The notes under the pieces were generated by a model, which was not told where the DNA came from, ran no database searches, and was given only the letters and a program-made list of their open reading frames with translations. From the NCBI GenBank assembly GCA_013239625.1, contig MU054323.1:17302029-17366028 (forward strand): a stretch of DNA of 64,000 bases, in the 5' to 3' direction. Positions 25,801-40,436 of the stretch are shown here, one piece after another (position 1 is the stretch's first letter; each line of letters begins with the position of its first letter). The DNA is from Lama guanicoe. Its lineage: Eukaryota. The translations under genes and the position numbers were made by a program.

Positions 25801-27907
25801 CTTCCCTCTGAGGCTGGGAGGGCCGAATGCTCATTCCCACAAGGATTCAGAAGGGAGAGTCAAGTTGACATCATAAAAAAATCCTGAAAAATGCCCAGGA
25901 TATCTGGGTAAAAGGATGATGCTCTGATTGTTTCTATCTCAGGCACATTTGTCCTGGGTAGACACCAGGTCACATGTCCCTGAAAGCTGCCCAGAATTGA
26001 TCAGAAAAAAGACTACATATCTTCAAGTTGGAAAATGTTAAGTGATTATAAAATTTTTAAATGAGAATTTTTAGAAGCCAGGAACAGACCTAATGTGATA
26101 GGCTGATGCTGGACTGAATCCTTACTCCCCTGCCTTTGAGCAGGATGGAAGGCAGACTATCCCATTCTATAAGGATCTCTCTCTGGAGGCTTTCAAAAAC
26201 ATAAATCTAGACCATCCTGAAGTCTGAGGCAAATGCCATTCATCTTTATGAATCTTGTACTTAGGCTAATAAGTGTTCTTGGTTGGGGGTGGGGCACAGG
26301 GGAAGAGAGTTTTGTGGGGCAGTTTAGGGGCGGGGACTGTAGAAGCTCTCTTTTCATCCTCAAATCTGGGGGGAGTGGAAGACAAAGAATATGACTTCCA
26401 AATGATTAATTCTACTTCCTCACCCATTCTCTTCCTCTTTCGCACTTTGTAACTTAAATGCCTCAGAGTATCTCCTTCCCAATCATCACCCTCCCTCTAC
26501 CAATCTCCACAAAAGTCTCTATTTTCTTAATCACACACTGTACAGAGAGGACTTCTGCAGGGCCCTATATAATTGAGTGTCAATGAGTCCTCTTCTTTTG
26601 TGTCCTGTCCACTGTTTTTGCGTCTGCCCAGCCTCGGCTGTGGAACAGACTGTATCACAGAAAGCCGGACTAAAGAATCAACTGATCATTTTACCCTCAC
26701 CTTCTTCTCTGTCCCCCTAAATAAAGCCTGCCTGCAGGTCTTGCCGCATTCTCACCCACTCTGGGGTTCACTCTCATTTCCTATTTCACTTCCTTATGTA
26801 ACTTTAAAACTGAGGTAGATGGTTGAAGGGGTAACATTTTAGATTACTTAGACCTGATTATAAATGTTTCTCAGTAAGTCATTTGAAATCAATCACTAAG
26901 TTAAGGGTCTTCAGTGTCCTAGGTTCTGTCCTTAGGAATTGACCATCCAAATGTAAGAGTAAACAGCTACAAGGTTTAGTACTCAGGACAGTAAGCACTC
27001 AAGAAATACATATTAAATGAACGCTCATTTGTCACCCTGTTGGTTACCGGGACCAACTGGCCGACAGGATGGGTGTTCCCCTGGTCCCTTCCCTCTCCAG
27101 GTACATGTCTCCTCAAGCTTCCAAGGCGGACAATCTTTCCAGTCAGAAAACCAACCCTTCGTAGGTCAGAGGGTCCCGTGGCACTGATTCCAGCCCTCCC
27201 CGCTCCCCCAGCTCCAGACAAACTCTAAGGCTTTATTGTAGCAAATCTATACTCGTATTACCTACCCAACTTGTTATTTTCTTTGTCCCTGTCAGTCAAG
27301 TGGGAGGAAAATTAGCAACAGGTCTGTTCTCTCTGCATCAAACTCCCGGAAGGTCCTGTGTCAGAACATACTGGCAGCATCATACTCTTACCCAGCAAGT
27401 GTTTGCCTGCTTGGCCCTTTACGTCTGGCTCAGGTCTGCCCTGCAGTCAGCCAAGATGGCTCCAAGAACTCAAAAGCCATTTCTGTTTTGTAGAGAAAGG
27501 GGATAAAAGCAAGTACATTACCTCTTCCTGCTAGATTCCGCAGGTCATTCCCCAGTAATTTAGGTATGCATTACTTCAGAGCCTTACAGCCACACCTTTG
27601 GAAGAGTCCAAGAGTTGAGGTGGCCTTGTACCATGTAAGCATTAGAAAGAGGTCAGTTAAAAATATCTTTAAAGGGATGAAAATGAGCTTTTAGTCATGG
27701 CTACAGGAGAATGCTGGAGTTAAAAAATGATTAGCAAGTTAGCCATTAGTTAATTATTAGTTAGTTAATATCAAGAAATGTGAAGCCATTCACACACCTG
27801 CAGGTGCAGAGAAGGTGGTTTGTGAGAAGAGCAGTTAAAAAAGAAAAAACTAAGCTGAGTTTGTGGACTTTGAAAACTAGACAGGGCGATTTTGGCATTT
27901 GTTTCAG

Positions 27908-27959
27908 AAATGGGAACGCAACTGGTGAAGATTTCTGTGGTCCTTGGGGCTGGTGGTGA
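27908..27959 (+). CDS. ARHGEF33: ARHGEF33 last coding exon (CDS part)
   Basis: tttgtttcag|A AAT GGG...TGG TGG TGA; NGNATGEDFCGPWGWW*; stop at 27957-27959. Confidence 0.9.
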
Positions 27960-29275
27960 CATCAAAGCTTTCCCATTTGCAGGTAAACATGAAACAGTTG
28001 CATGTTGGAACCATCAAAGTATGACATGTTGGGTTTTGGAGAGATCAGACATAGCTAAGAGGGGAAATGTAAGGTAAAGATTTTAAGTTGTGACGAATGA
28101 CTTTCTGACGAGAAACTGTCACGTGGGGAAACAATTTAGAAGCAACACCAGCCAGATTCAAATCTTGCTTCCTGCTTTCTGCCCCCAAAACTATAGGCAT
28201 TCCTAGTCTTCTGGATGACAGAAGATACGGAGAAAGAATGAAATGGTCAAAAATCTATCTTCCTAACATTTTGGGCACAGGGGTACTAACCAGGGCTGAT
28301 TTGAACTGGAAGTAGCTGGGAGTTCTGAGAGAAGGCCTGGAGCTTTAGGGTGGGGCCTGTGGAGGCTGCTACAAGGGGGAGTTCCCAGGGGGCTTCTGCA
28401 AAGGAAGAGGACTTTCACCCCACCCAGCTTCATCTTATTTGATAAATACTCAGATGTACTGGGGTTGAGGAGAGAACAGGTTTTCCTCTGTGCACCGCGA
28501 TGCAGAGAAAAGTTCTCCTTACTGACCACAAGTAGAAAGCATAGTAGGCAGCTATGGCTCCATCTGTGATACCAAATATCAAGGCGGAAAGCACATCAGT
28601 CACCAGGTTTCCAGACCTCAGGAATTTTAGTCCTTGTGTGGATCCAGCTTCTTTCCTGGAATAATGTAAAGGGGGTGTTTGAATTCTGCCCAGTTAATCC
28701 AGTAAATGGTAGAGTCATAATTAACCTACCTACTACCAGCAGTGAGGACTCCCCCAGCACATCCATGACAGTGCAAGAACCTACCCTTCTGTTGTGGATG
28801 GTGGAGGCCTGCCCGCCTCTGCCTCTGCACGCAGGGCACTTGTTCAGTGTGCAGGAGCTCTGGACAGAGAACTTCGTGTCTAGCGTCCCTTTCACACACC
28901 TCGCATGAGGTCTCTTGACGTTGGTTCTCAGTCCCTGGGCTCGTTTTACCCATTCTAGCTCAGAGTTAAAGCTAGCCAAAGGGCCCCAGCCTAGCCTGTC
29001 AGAGGTTGTTTCCAGAAAGCCTCCTCCCTCTAGGGACTTCTGACATGAACAAACTGGAGAAGGTGCAGAGCTGGAATGGATTACCCACCTGGCTTAACCG
29101 AGAGAAAGGAAGAATGCACCCTGGACTGGGGACTCAAGTGGACTGTTTACGTTGTTGACTCTTGTTTGGGCTTGGTCTCCTTTGTGGTGGTTGAGATCAT
29201 AGAATACCCTTAAATCTGATTACTGTACTAATTTCTGCATTCTACCAAATGTGGCATATATGTGTGGTTGGCTTC

Positions 29276-29281
29276 AATAAA
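29276..29281 (+). terminator. Candidate ARHGEF33 polyadenylation signal
   Basis: AATAAA about 1.3 kb after the stop codon; assignment rests on position only. Confidence 0.55.
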
Positions 29282-29942
29282 TTTTTCATTTAAAAATGAA
29301 AACAAGCAAAAGCAAGAGTTTGTAATGTAATGCCCAAATTAAGTAAGGGCCCTTGATAACTTTGGTTGAGAACAATGAATTCCATCCCTTAAAAATTTAA
29401 GGGCCTTGGTAACTTGCAGAGTAGTTACTTCATCAAATCAAAAATAGGATTTCTTGAATTTTCTAAGCCTTTATACCCCTTTTAGAGTGTTATTACACTG
29501 TTTCTTACACTGACATACACAGTTGTCACCATTGTCCCCATAATGTATCACAAAGGTAATCTTTTTATATTCATACAAATCTTAGATACACATGTCCTGA
29601 GTCATGAAATTCAGGGGAAGTAAAAATTATTCCAGATCTAGAAAGCAACTGTTTTACAAATACAAGACAATTTGGATAGATAAAATATTTGAAAACAATT
29701 AAAACCAAATCAACCTGTACTTTATCTGTGTGCTGAGATTTTAGGTCCAGTGGATCAGAATACAGGGAAAAAACTAATGAGAACCCCTCAATGGATCCTT
29801 CACCCACCAAACAAGATTTCTTCAGAAACCGACTTGCTCTTGCAAATGACCTTGACCAAGGAACAGCTGTGTAAAACATACTTAAAGTTGTATTGTCAAG
29901 TGGTAAGATGAGGATAAAAAGCTTGTATATATCTGTGTAGGA

Positions 29943-29977
<35 letters not shown>

Positions 29978-29978
29978 T
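29943..29978. repeat. (TA)n microsatellite
   Basis: TA run with a single CA interruption. Confidence 0.9.
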
Positions 29979-32900
29979 TGATGTATAAATCCCTGAGGGA
30001 AACTAATATAAATACTTACATATGAAACCAAATCAACATACAAGACATTGAAGAGATGAAGATTAGTCTATGGTTGAGAGCTGGCTTTTTGAACCTCAAC
30101 ACTTGGGAAAGGGGAAACGAAGACTTTTCACAGTATTACAGAAAAACATCATACATTTGGAGGAAAATAAATGTTTGTAAGAACAAAAACTTCCACCTTG
30201 AAGTCATTCCCCCAGTATGATATTGAGCATGTTCATATTTAACGTGGATGTGAATTGTATGCTTCCTAGGTAGGCATTTAGTTTATTAATTCATCCCAGT
30301 GTCCTTAGACTAATAATACACTATGTTGGGGCCAGTTCTGTTTTGACCTGTCTTCCAAAACCCCCAAGGCAGTGCCTAACATCCCTTAAGACAAAGGATC
30401 AGTTAGCAGAATTGTATTTTACATGTTGCAAATCTGAGTTGTGGAAAATTTGTGCTTAAACCATGACACAGAAGGTTCAAAGCTTAAAGACATACTGATC
30501 TCCAAACAGGAAGAGAACCTTAAGAGTAGTATTCCTCTTGTTCTATGGTTATGAAAATCAGGACAGGGAGCCGTGGTTTCCCTAGAAACCGGGAGGCCAG
30601 AGAAGCCTTTTCCCTCCCATAGGTTGTGCTGCAGACGGGAACAAGTCCAGAGGGTATGTTTTATTGAGTACTCAGGATTCAGAGATCCACTACAGACCCC
30701 GAGTGTCACAAACACTCATGACCAGATGGACTGGGGGGAAAAAAGCACTGATTTAGCCACATCCTCTTCAAAGACTTTCTTCAGTCTGTAAAGGAGGTGG
30801 AAACAACATCAGTACTTAGGCTCACACACAGTGTTAAAAAACGCCAAGTCAGATTGAGAACTTAGGGCTAGCAGTACCTTATTCTGTTTTCCAGCAGTAA
30901 GTTGTAAAAAAAAAAAAACTAAGTTCTTACAGCTCAGGCAGAGGAATCATTGCAACGAAGCTTGACTGGCTATGGGTCAATAAAATGTGCTCCATTTCCA
31001 CATAGATATAGGTCCACATCCTTAACATACCCCAAACGTCAAGATGGTAACAGTAAAAAAAATTAGCTTTAAACAATTTGTCTCTATTTTTAGGTAGTTA
31101 TCCATAAGTAGGGGGACGGGTTACTATTCCTTCAGAATCTTGGTTCTCCAGCTGACTTCTCCAGAGGCTGTTCCTGCAGTAATGGAGAAATGGCTGTTCT
31201 TGTTTGCTAAAATTGGGGAAGTTTAACTTCTAAGTGTTACAAGTTTTCTTCCCACTATCTCATGACTAATTAGGAACCCATCTATTAGCATCCTGAACAA
31301 TAGATGTCTGGAACACTTAAAGGATCACTGCCAACTTTTTGGAGTTTCCAATATTTCAGTTGAAGCCAAGCTTTTCATTTTCCTGAAATTAATGAATTCC
31401 TTTGAAATTAGATTTCTATTATGAGGCCAGAAAAGTTTTGAGGGGCAGTGCTTGAAAGTGACTGGACATGTAAAGTGAACAAGAGACACAACCTTTTAAA
31501 TAAAATATAAAAAACAAAATTTCTTTTCCCTTCATATTGTTTATCATAAAAATGATCAATTACTGAGGAAGCTTTCAGAACTATCACATACCTCCCAAAT
31601 TTTCATTTGGATAACATCCTTTGAAATATCTTGATGCAATGCCTGTAGCACAACTCAATTAAGTTATTTTTATGAAATTAGCTTATAAGACTAGTCATAA
31701 TTGATGCTGCTACTCTCTGGGTCTCTATCACCTGATATCTGGATTTTTTCCGGTAGCTTTCTAACTGCGCGCATGTATTCTCTGCTCCCATCAATCCCAT
31801 GTATCTCTAACATGTGAATATTCCCAAACACTGCTTTGTGTGAAACTCTTTGACTGTTCTTATTTGTCTACAGTCAAATTCCAAACTCCTTGACTTGACA
31901 TTCAAGGCTGTGTCTCTTTGTTCAGTATGGTTCCAAGTTTTCTCCCTGGTTACCATCTCCCTCTTTGCAATTCTGGTGAACTACTGTACCTGAAAGAAGC
32001 TGGGCTTCTATTCTTTCCTGGAAAGCCATGCACCTTGCTTGGGCTCACTTGCTTCATGCCTTTTCTCTAGCCTCCTTCCTCTCTGCTGATCTTCAAGACC
32101 CAGTTTAAGCGTCCTCATCCTTTGTGAAACTTGTCTATCTTTTGCTGTGTCTTGTCTTCCCAAGAACGTAAGTCTCCGCAAGGGCAGGAGCTATACCGTA
32201 TCTTTCAAAGTTCTTTTCACCTCTAGATTGAGAGTACATAGTAGGTGCTCAGTAGATGGTTGATGCCAATGTTAATGGTGATGCTCTCATAGAGCGAGGC
32301 TACAGGAATTAATTTCTACTCATAATTTGACAAAGAGATTCAGGATTGTCACTTTACCTTCCTGCATTTCATTTTTTTAAAAGAAAAATGTCAATCACAA
32401 AGGAAATAAAATACAGTTGTCTTCAGAAGCAGTTAAAGGCACCACTGCCACTTCCACAGCATCTAGCATTAGAAAGCATCTATGAAAAAGAAAAAAGTTT
32501 GCTACTCCTTTCTATGTTGTTCCAGCTCATTTCATAATCTTTCTAGGTAGTACTGTAAATTGACAGAGATAAGATCTTTAATGATATTAATGATATTAAA
32601 TGTATGTTCCTGCACTAGGAATGAAGTCATGGTGGGAAAGAGCTTGGAAACTGCTGAAATCTGTTGCCTCCAGTCCTCTGGAGAAGCAGAGTTTTCATGG
32701 GAGACCATAGATAGCACCTCAAATGTTTGGGTTGATAAGCAGCTCTCCACCAAAAGTTGACATGGATATTTTTGCACAAGCTGGGAGTGGCAACAGGTCC
32801 CTTCTGTATCCCCGTGGGGTCTGTATACAACCCCAAGCAAGGGTTGTCCTGCTTCTCTGATTCCAGGATTAGAACCTGGGAGAACCAGGGATTTATGGAG

Positions 32901-33469
32901 CAATACTCTGGGGTTCCATGCAGTGGGTTATTTTATCATATGACAAATAGTTTACTCTGGAGCATAAAATTAGAAAGTCTCTTGCTCAGGGACAGTGTTT
33001 CTGTAGAACCTCATGTCAGTCTCTCACCTCCTTCAAGTCTTTACTAACATATTATCTTCTCCACGAGGGCACTTGTAAAATGCAGATTCCTGGGTACTAT
33101 TTCAGCCCCACTTTATTGGAATATTTAAGAGTGGGGCCCAGGAACCTGCATTTTAAATGCACTCAGGTGATTTTTTTTGGCCCCCTGAATTTGTAGAGCC
33201 ATTACCTCTCAGATCAACTGATACATTAAGTGATTTAGTATGTAAACATCAGGACTCAGATTCTATACATACATTGAATTTTAGGACAGAATAAAGAATT
33301 GATCCTACTTACCTTGAGATGCAGAAAACTGACAGTTCATCAAAACCTAAATGAATCTTTTTTGAGTTATTTAATTTATTATCTGTGACCTTTTCTATCA
33401 TATACAGTAAGATTTTGATTAAAAATTTACATGATCAATGTTCTTTATAATAAACTGGTACAACTGATT

Positions 33470-33945
33470 ATATATTCCAGATAGTCGTGATCTGAACCCG
33501 ATTAAACCTCTGATGGCATTTCCTGTTTTGCCCACACCCATTCATTCCTCTCCAGACACAAGTAGCTTCGCTATTCCTCAGATAAATTAAGTATGCTCCT
33601 GCCTCTGGACTTTTTAATTGGCTGTTCCCTGTGACTTGGCATATTCTTTTCCTAGATACTTGCATGTCTCATTCCTGCACTTTCTTCAAGTCTCTACTCC
33701 TATCACCTTATCTGAGGCTGACCATTAGATTTTACCTCCCCTGCCCCTACACTCCCAGTCACCTTTTTTGTTCATAGCAGTTACAACATTCTAACATATA
33801 CCCATTTGTTCTTTATTATTTATTGTCTACATTTCCTCACTAAATTAATCCCATGGTGATATGGATTTTTGTCTATTTTGTTCATTGCTATATTTCTAAC
33901 ATCAAAACTGTACGTGGAATAATAAATATTTGTTGAATGTTGAAT
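33470..33945. mobile_element. LINE-2 3' fragment
   Basis: tatgctcctgcctctggac...ttttgtctattttgttcattgctatattt...aataaatatttgttgaatg (L2 3' terminus). Confidence 0.7.
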
Positions 33946-35479
33946 AGTCACATGGGCCCTTATCAAATGCTTATAACTAAAGTCACTCAAAACCAATTTA
34001 AGTGACAGTAAACATCAAAGGAAGCAGTATGGTAAAGAATCAAATTATGGGAACTTTAGGATGAACCATCAACCTCTTAAAAGATATCTAAAAGCAGGCA
34101 AACATATCCTTCCTAACGGTGGTTTACTGTTAAGCACTTCCTCTGGCAAGGCATTGGGCATTACACATACAACCTTTAAACCTCACAATAGTCTCAAACA
34201 GTAGATCTATAAACCTCATGTACTGCTGAGAAACAGAGATTCAGATTATTTACATAACTTCTCCAAAGTCATACATTTAATAACTAATGGAACCAGAATG
34301 TGAACACAGGTATGAATATAAAGCAACTGCTTGCTGTATTTTCACCTCAATGATTTTTCCTTTTCTCAATGAGTCCTGAAGGTGAGGAACCAGCTTGTAA
34401 AAATGGGCTGTAGTTTTCTTCTTGCTTCCATTGAGAATCAAAAGCCCTAAGATAGCAGAATGGCCATGAACTATTTTGGAACTGTATTCTATCAAAGCCC
34501 TTCTTGCCATGTGCATTGATCTGCAAAGAGGTAAGCTCGGCTGTGGGCTGTATCCTAATGACTTAAGCCTGAATCTGAATCTGTGATGAGCTCAAGATTA
34601 AAATAAGTAAAAAAAGCAAACCACCTGGTTAAAATTCAAAAGAAGTCATGTTTCAAGAGCAAATATGGAATTAGGTTTGAGTAATCAATATTAACCTAAT
34701 TTTCCTGTAGCTATTAAATTGATTCCCTAGAATATACTCAATAATACATGCTTGGATTTCACAGTGACCTACAAATGGAATTTGTACAAACCATTGATTT
34801 TGTGTCTTTAAACTAGGAGTAAAAAAAACTCCAGTGAATTTTGGCTATTCCTGAAAGCAGTCCTCCAAATACCTGGAGTCAAAGCTGAGTCAGTGGTCTC
34901 AATCACTGTCACACGATGTTAGCTAAGTCATCTCTCTGCTTCAAGACCTCACTTGCTTCAGTTCTTAAGTAAGAGTATTAGATCTTTAAGGCTTCATCAG
35001 TTTTCACATTCTAGTTTACCATGAATGCCCTCATATCTGCATAATTCTTTACAATGTGCAACTGTAAGCTGTATCTTTTCATGCCAACCCTAGAAAGAAC
35101 TGCTAAATGTCAGGCTGCCATGTTCCAGCAGGTCTCAGCAAAATTGCCTGTCAAGGAACTGTGGTATCTTACGAGTTCTTTTATGGAATACAAATGCCTC
35201 AGCCCTCTGCACCTTCATCCAGGTGACACCCAAGGTCACCAAAGTACTAATTTTCAACCCAAGGGCCTCCCACTCACTACAACCACAGGACTTGATGCAC
35301 AAGGAAATACTGAACTTCTTTTATAATAATGTGATACAGGAAAAAGTGCCTCTAAAGCGAGATGATGATTAAGAGCAAACTATTTCTACATGGAAAGCAT
35401 GAGCTAAAATGAGAATCACTAATGACATTAAAATATTGCCCTCTAAAATAAATACATGCAAAAATAATACACTTGCGGG

Positions 35480-38400
35480 CTATGTAAGGCATTTTTCTTT
35501 ATTACTTTCGGTTTATCTTAGTAATGCCAGAAAAATAACAGCCATTATTTTCACTTTAAATGCAAACCAAATACTGCTGCACACAGAGTACAAAGATTAC
35601 CTACGAACATGGTTAGGTACAAAGGCCATATTAGATGTATAGACCGCACTTTGTTTCTACATCAAAATAAGACTGACAGAGCAATTTTTTGACAATTATT
35701 TTAGCAAATAACTGTGCTACTAAACAAAGGCAAATAAACATATATATACACAAACACATTTCAACTAAAGTTATACATGTCACTTTGACAAACAAAGGCT
35801 TCTTCTCTGGTGGGTTTCACCAGATATTTGCACCCCAAGTCCCCTGCCCTAATCCCGCCCCCAAATGCTGACTTGATCTGAAGAAAAAAATTAGAGATGT
35901 TCTTAATTAAAGGCACGTTTGGCAGCTACTGAAAGTGGCATGCATCTGGCACAGGTGCACTCTCCCTAAAGCCACACCACGTGTGACTTCCATCTGTTAC
36001 GCATCTTGTTCCTTTGACTGGTAGTCCAATGTGATCCACCTTTAGCTAACTTGTTTAATAATTTTGCAGCAATTGGCTACTTAATGCACTATTTTCATTA
36101 AAGGCAAAAGGGAAATTTGCTCACAGTCGACAGAAAATGCACTTTATGGTGTCAAAAATGGAAAATAAGGCATGAAACTTACAAAACAAGTTACAAATGC
36201 TTTTGTTTAGATTTATCTTATAGACTTCATGCTTTTCTTAACTAGAGCTCAAAATATTTTATTGGCTCATGTATAAGGGATTATGAAATGATTTAAACAG
36301 TAATGAGATGTTTCAAAAGAAAAATATTGAATAAATAAACTAAGTCATCACTTTCCCTGTAAGTAATTTTACTGCATAATTCTTTCAGCCAAACTGATAC
36401 TAACCTTGCGATGTTTATTTTACTGGTAAAGATTAATGTGCAACACAACAGGACCTACACTTGTAAAACAGTCATACAATATAGGTTAAAAGAATAAGTG
36501 AACCTACCTATAGCAGCAGAATACTGAGAAATAAATGGTTAAATTTTTCTTTCTAAATCTGGAGGAAAAAATGGTTTTCCTCAATATTTACAACACTAAT
36601 AAACTGGGACACCCCTCCCTTCATTTCCATTGTTTGTTTTGCTGAGCCACTTAAAACTCTGAATTTAAGCCATCATTAAAAGACAATGAAGTACGTGGCT
36701 AAAATGAATTCAATTTGAGGACTAAGACAAGATTGTGATCATAAATACCAACTAATTTTCGGTTTGCGTAATTTTTGATTCATGAAAAAACACATTAAGG
36801 AATTTAGAACCATGATAGAGCCTCCAACTGTAGTACCTGTTCACTACACTTTTCTGTTAATTGTAGTATAATTAGCATGGTATGCTCTTTGCTAAATTCA
36901 GATCCATTAAAACATCCTTGAGTTGTTAGAGCACAGTAACCTACTAAACACATAATTTGATACCCAACAAACTTTAATTAAGCAAACTTTTAATATTTGT
37001 GTATTTCCTGATAATCTGTAGTCTCAGAATACATTTGGAGGTCTGGGAAGAGTAAATAACCTGTCTTTCAATAAATGTAGAAACATACTTATTTGTTCTT
37101 GTTTTTAAAAGTGCTTAGATGTGAAAAGCCTCCCTTTCTATTATATTGGTTATCAGCCCACTTAGGTAAATTCAACCTTGAAATAGTTTCATTTTGTGAT
37201 CCAAAGATAATGAAACATCTAAGAGCATTTCCATTTCTAAAAGAAATATTCCATATTTTGGAACATAGTTTAGAAAAAAAGTCATGCTCATTGACTACCT
37301 TGTAATGTCCTGAATTCAAAAGCAGAATTTTATGGTGATGCATTTATCTTCTCAGCAACTTCTTGTCCCTAGATTAAGTATATTTTAGTTACTACAAAGA
37401 ATAAATTTGTCAGCTAGTTAATATTTCACCTGTGAAGAAGGCAAGAGATGGTTTTCTCACCTTCATTTAAGGGCGTCCAACTGGAATTTTTCTAATCAGT
37501 TACCACTGCAGAATGTATTTTTACCCAAATGTTATACTTCAGAACAAAAATATCCTCTATCCCCAATGCATATAAAGCTGATGCACAGTGAAGCGGTCTC
37601 CGAGAACCACCAGGGGAGAAGAATGCTTCCCTTTGGGAGAAATATGATTAGAACTTCAAATCTGAGTTTTTCCTCTACACAATCATGCAGGTTCAAAAGA
37701 GGTCATTACTTTATTGAAGGCTAACACACTGGCCAGATACTGAATGGACTCCAATGTGACTTTTCTCTGGTTCTCATTTGGAGTAGGGGCGGGGTAATTA
37801 AAAAGAGAAGTGTGCATAAGACACAGAAAGAGAGATCCTAGGGACAATGAGGCTGCTCTAGTAGAAAGTCACGGAAATTCTGGAATGTGTATTATGATTA
37901 ATTGTAGCAGCACTAGTTAAGAAGGCTTAGATAATTACTTGTTGAATGAATGGTCTTATGGACACTTTGCATACAAGAGTGGATGTGAAATTAATTTTTT
38001 GAAAGACTCTTAAAAGGAGACATTTTACAAAGAGAAAAATGGCCACCATAATAGGAATGGTACAGATACTGAAAAAAGATTCAACTCTAACAGATAAGAA
38101 AGGATATGATAAGACAGATTGCTTAATGATGATGCAACCACCAATCCGGTCTTAAAGGACTATATATTTGTACTATTGTGATGTACATTTAATGCTCTAA
38201 TAAATATCACAGGAAATACTGAAGTACTAAGTTTCCACCACGATGCAGCACTTCTAAAAATGTCTCTAATGGCATGGTTAACAGAATTGCTGAATGTTGC
38301 TTCATTATTCAGAGGACGCATGCAGATACCGATGAACTGATGACTCTCTAAGGATGGAATACTGCACACTTCACAGATACTAGAGTAGAGATTAATAACA

Positions 38401-39944
38401 CTTTTTCTCTTCAACAAATTGCATGCATTTCAGTCACAGTATTTGTTAGACTCAGAAGATCAGTACACAGGCTTAATGAATAATCCATATTATGATATTA
38501 ATGATGTAGGTAGATGTTCTATTACGAATAGTTCTGATAGAGCAAAGACCTCAAGCAAGGTAGAATGTTTAATATAAACTTTAACAAACTGTATACATGT
38601 TGCCTAGGAAATTAAAACCTTACAAAGCTCTGCTTAAAAGAGACCCATCCTATTCTAACTAAGTATTTTCCTACATGCCAAACTGCAGCTTTAGATCATT
38701 CTTTAAGATGGATACATATATCCAGAACTAGAAACCAAGGCGCACCACAATACGTGCTTTTATGCTTAGTGTTTGTGTGTGTGTGCGTTTCAACTGAAAG
38801 AAATAAGAATCGACCGTTTTCTCCATATAATAATTTAATATATGCCAGCCAAACAAAGTACTTGTATCTTTATTCAATTAAATTAAAACAGACCTGCCAG
38901 GTATATTATATAACATTCACTATATACACATGATTTAGGCAATGCAAGGTAATTCTAGATATGATGATCACTCAACTATTAGTAAAACATGAACGGTATC
39001 AGTGATGCCCAGCAAGTGCTCCTTTCACACTGGGTGACTGCATTTCCATAGTATGGTTAGAGGGACAGCTACAAGCCATGACATGGATTACCAGTAAACT
39101 TCTGTGGGAGAAGTGGGGGGGGGGACACTCTAGCATAGATTAACAGTCTCCTAAATGTGAATCGTATACTCGACAATTACATTTTTAAAAAAGTTCTTCT
39201 GTCATATTAATGACACAAAACTTCTCGTTTAAAGGCAACACCACCACGTTTTGTTTGTTTACGGAGGGTAGGTAGGGGAATGCTCATAAAGTTGGTATAA
39301 TTATTCTTAAAGAAAAGGAAAAAAAGGGAAAAAAAGTACCTCTTTGGTGAAGCCTCGGTACCCATTCAATTCACTGTAATAATCTGTAAACAGGACTGCA
39401 GTACAGTGCTGGGCCTTGATTCCAACAAGGTCAGGTACCACAGCCTTTCCTCACAGTCCTCTGAACGATTTTTAAGAAAATACTCTAAAGTAGGACGAGT
39501 AAAAGCAAAGGAAAACAAAGGAGGATATGAAGATCCCTGTTTAAGATTTCTTTTTAAAAAGTGCATAATATTCTGAATTACAAAAACTGTCATCAAGTGG
39601 GCCTGCTGGGCACTAGACTGTGTTTCCCATCCCTTTAATGATAAAGATCACTTCACAAAAAGAAGACTCCTGCCTATTGGCTGGAGGAAGTCCCTTTAAC
39701 TTGATTTTCAGGTGCAATCAGTTGTCCACTTCCTCTAGATCAGTCTTTCCATATTCTAAATGAACACCAGTTTCATTTTATAATTAGGTCTAGGTTAAAA
39801 TTCATTGTCTTACACTGCATCTTGAAGTAGAGTCGTTAGTGTTTGGAGTTCTCACTTTAACTCCTCAGTGCTGGCACGTTCAGTGCATCCATTGCCAGCA
39901 ATGGATTTAGGGCTAGGAAAATGTACATCCCGGGACAGAGGAAC
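35480..39944 (-). other. SOS1: SOS1 long 3'UTR (distal end approximate)
   Basis: Repeat-poor, AT-rich sequence downstream of the stop; AATAAA on the - strand at 35503-35498; several miRNA seed matches. Confidence 0.65.
35498..35503 (-). terminator. Candidate SOS1 distal polyadenylation signal
   Basis: tttatt on + is AATAAA on -, about 4.45 kb after the stop, close to where interspersed repeats resume. Confidence 0.5.

Positions 39945-40436
<492 letters not shown>

Noticed and set aside
25387..25887. 166-aa ORF in the last ARHGEF33 intron
   Set aside because: Non-ATG start, no recognisable homology, and the ARHGEF33 exon chain is complete without it.
28596..28979. Cluster of ORFs on both strands in the ARHGEF33 3'UTR
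   Set aside because: No recognisable product; lengths are within the background for this GC content.
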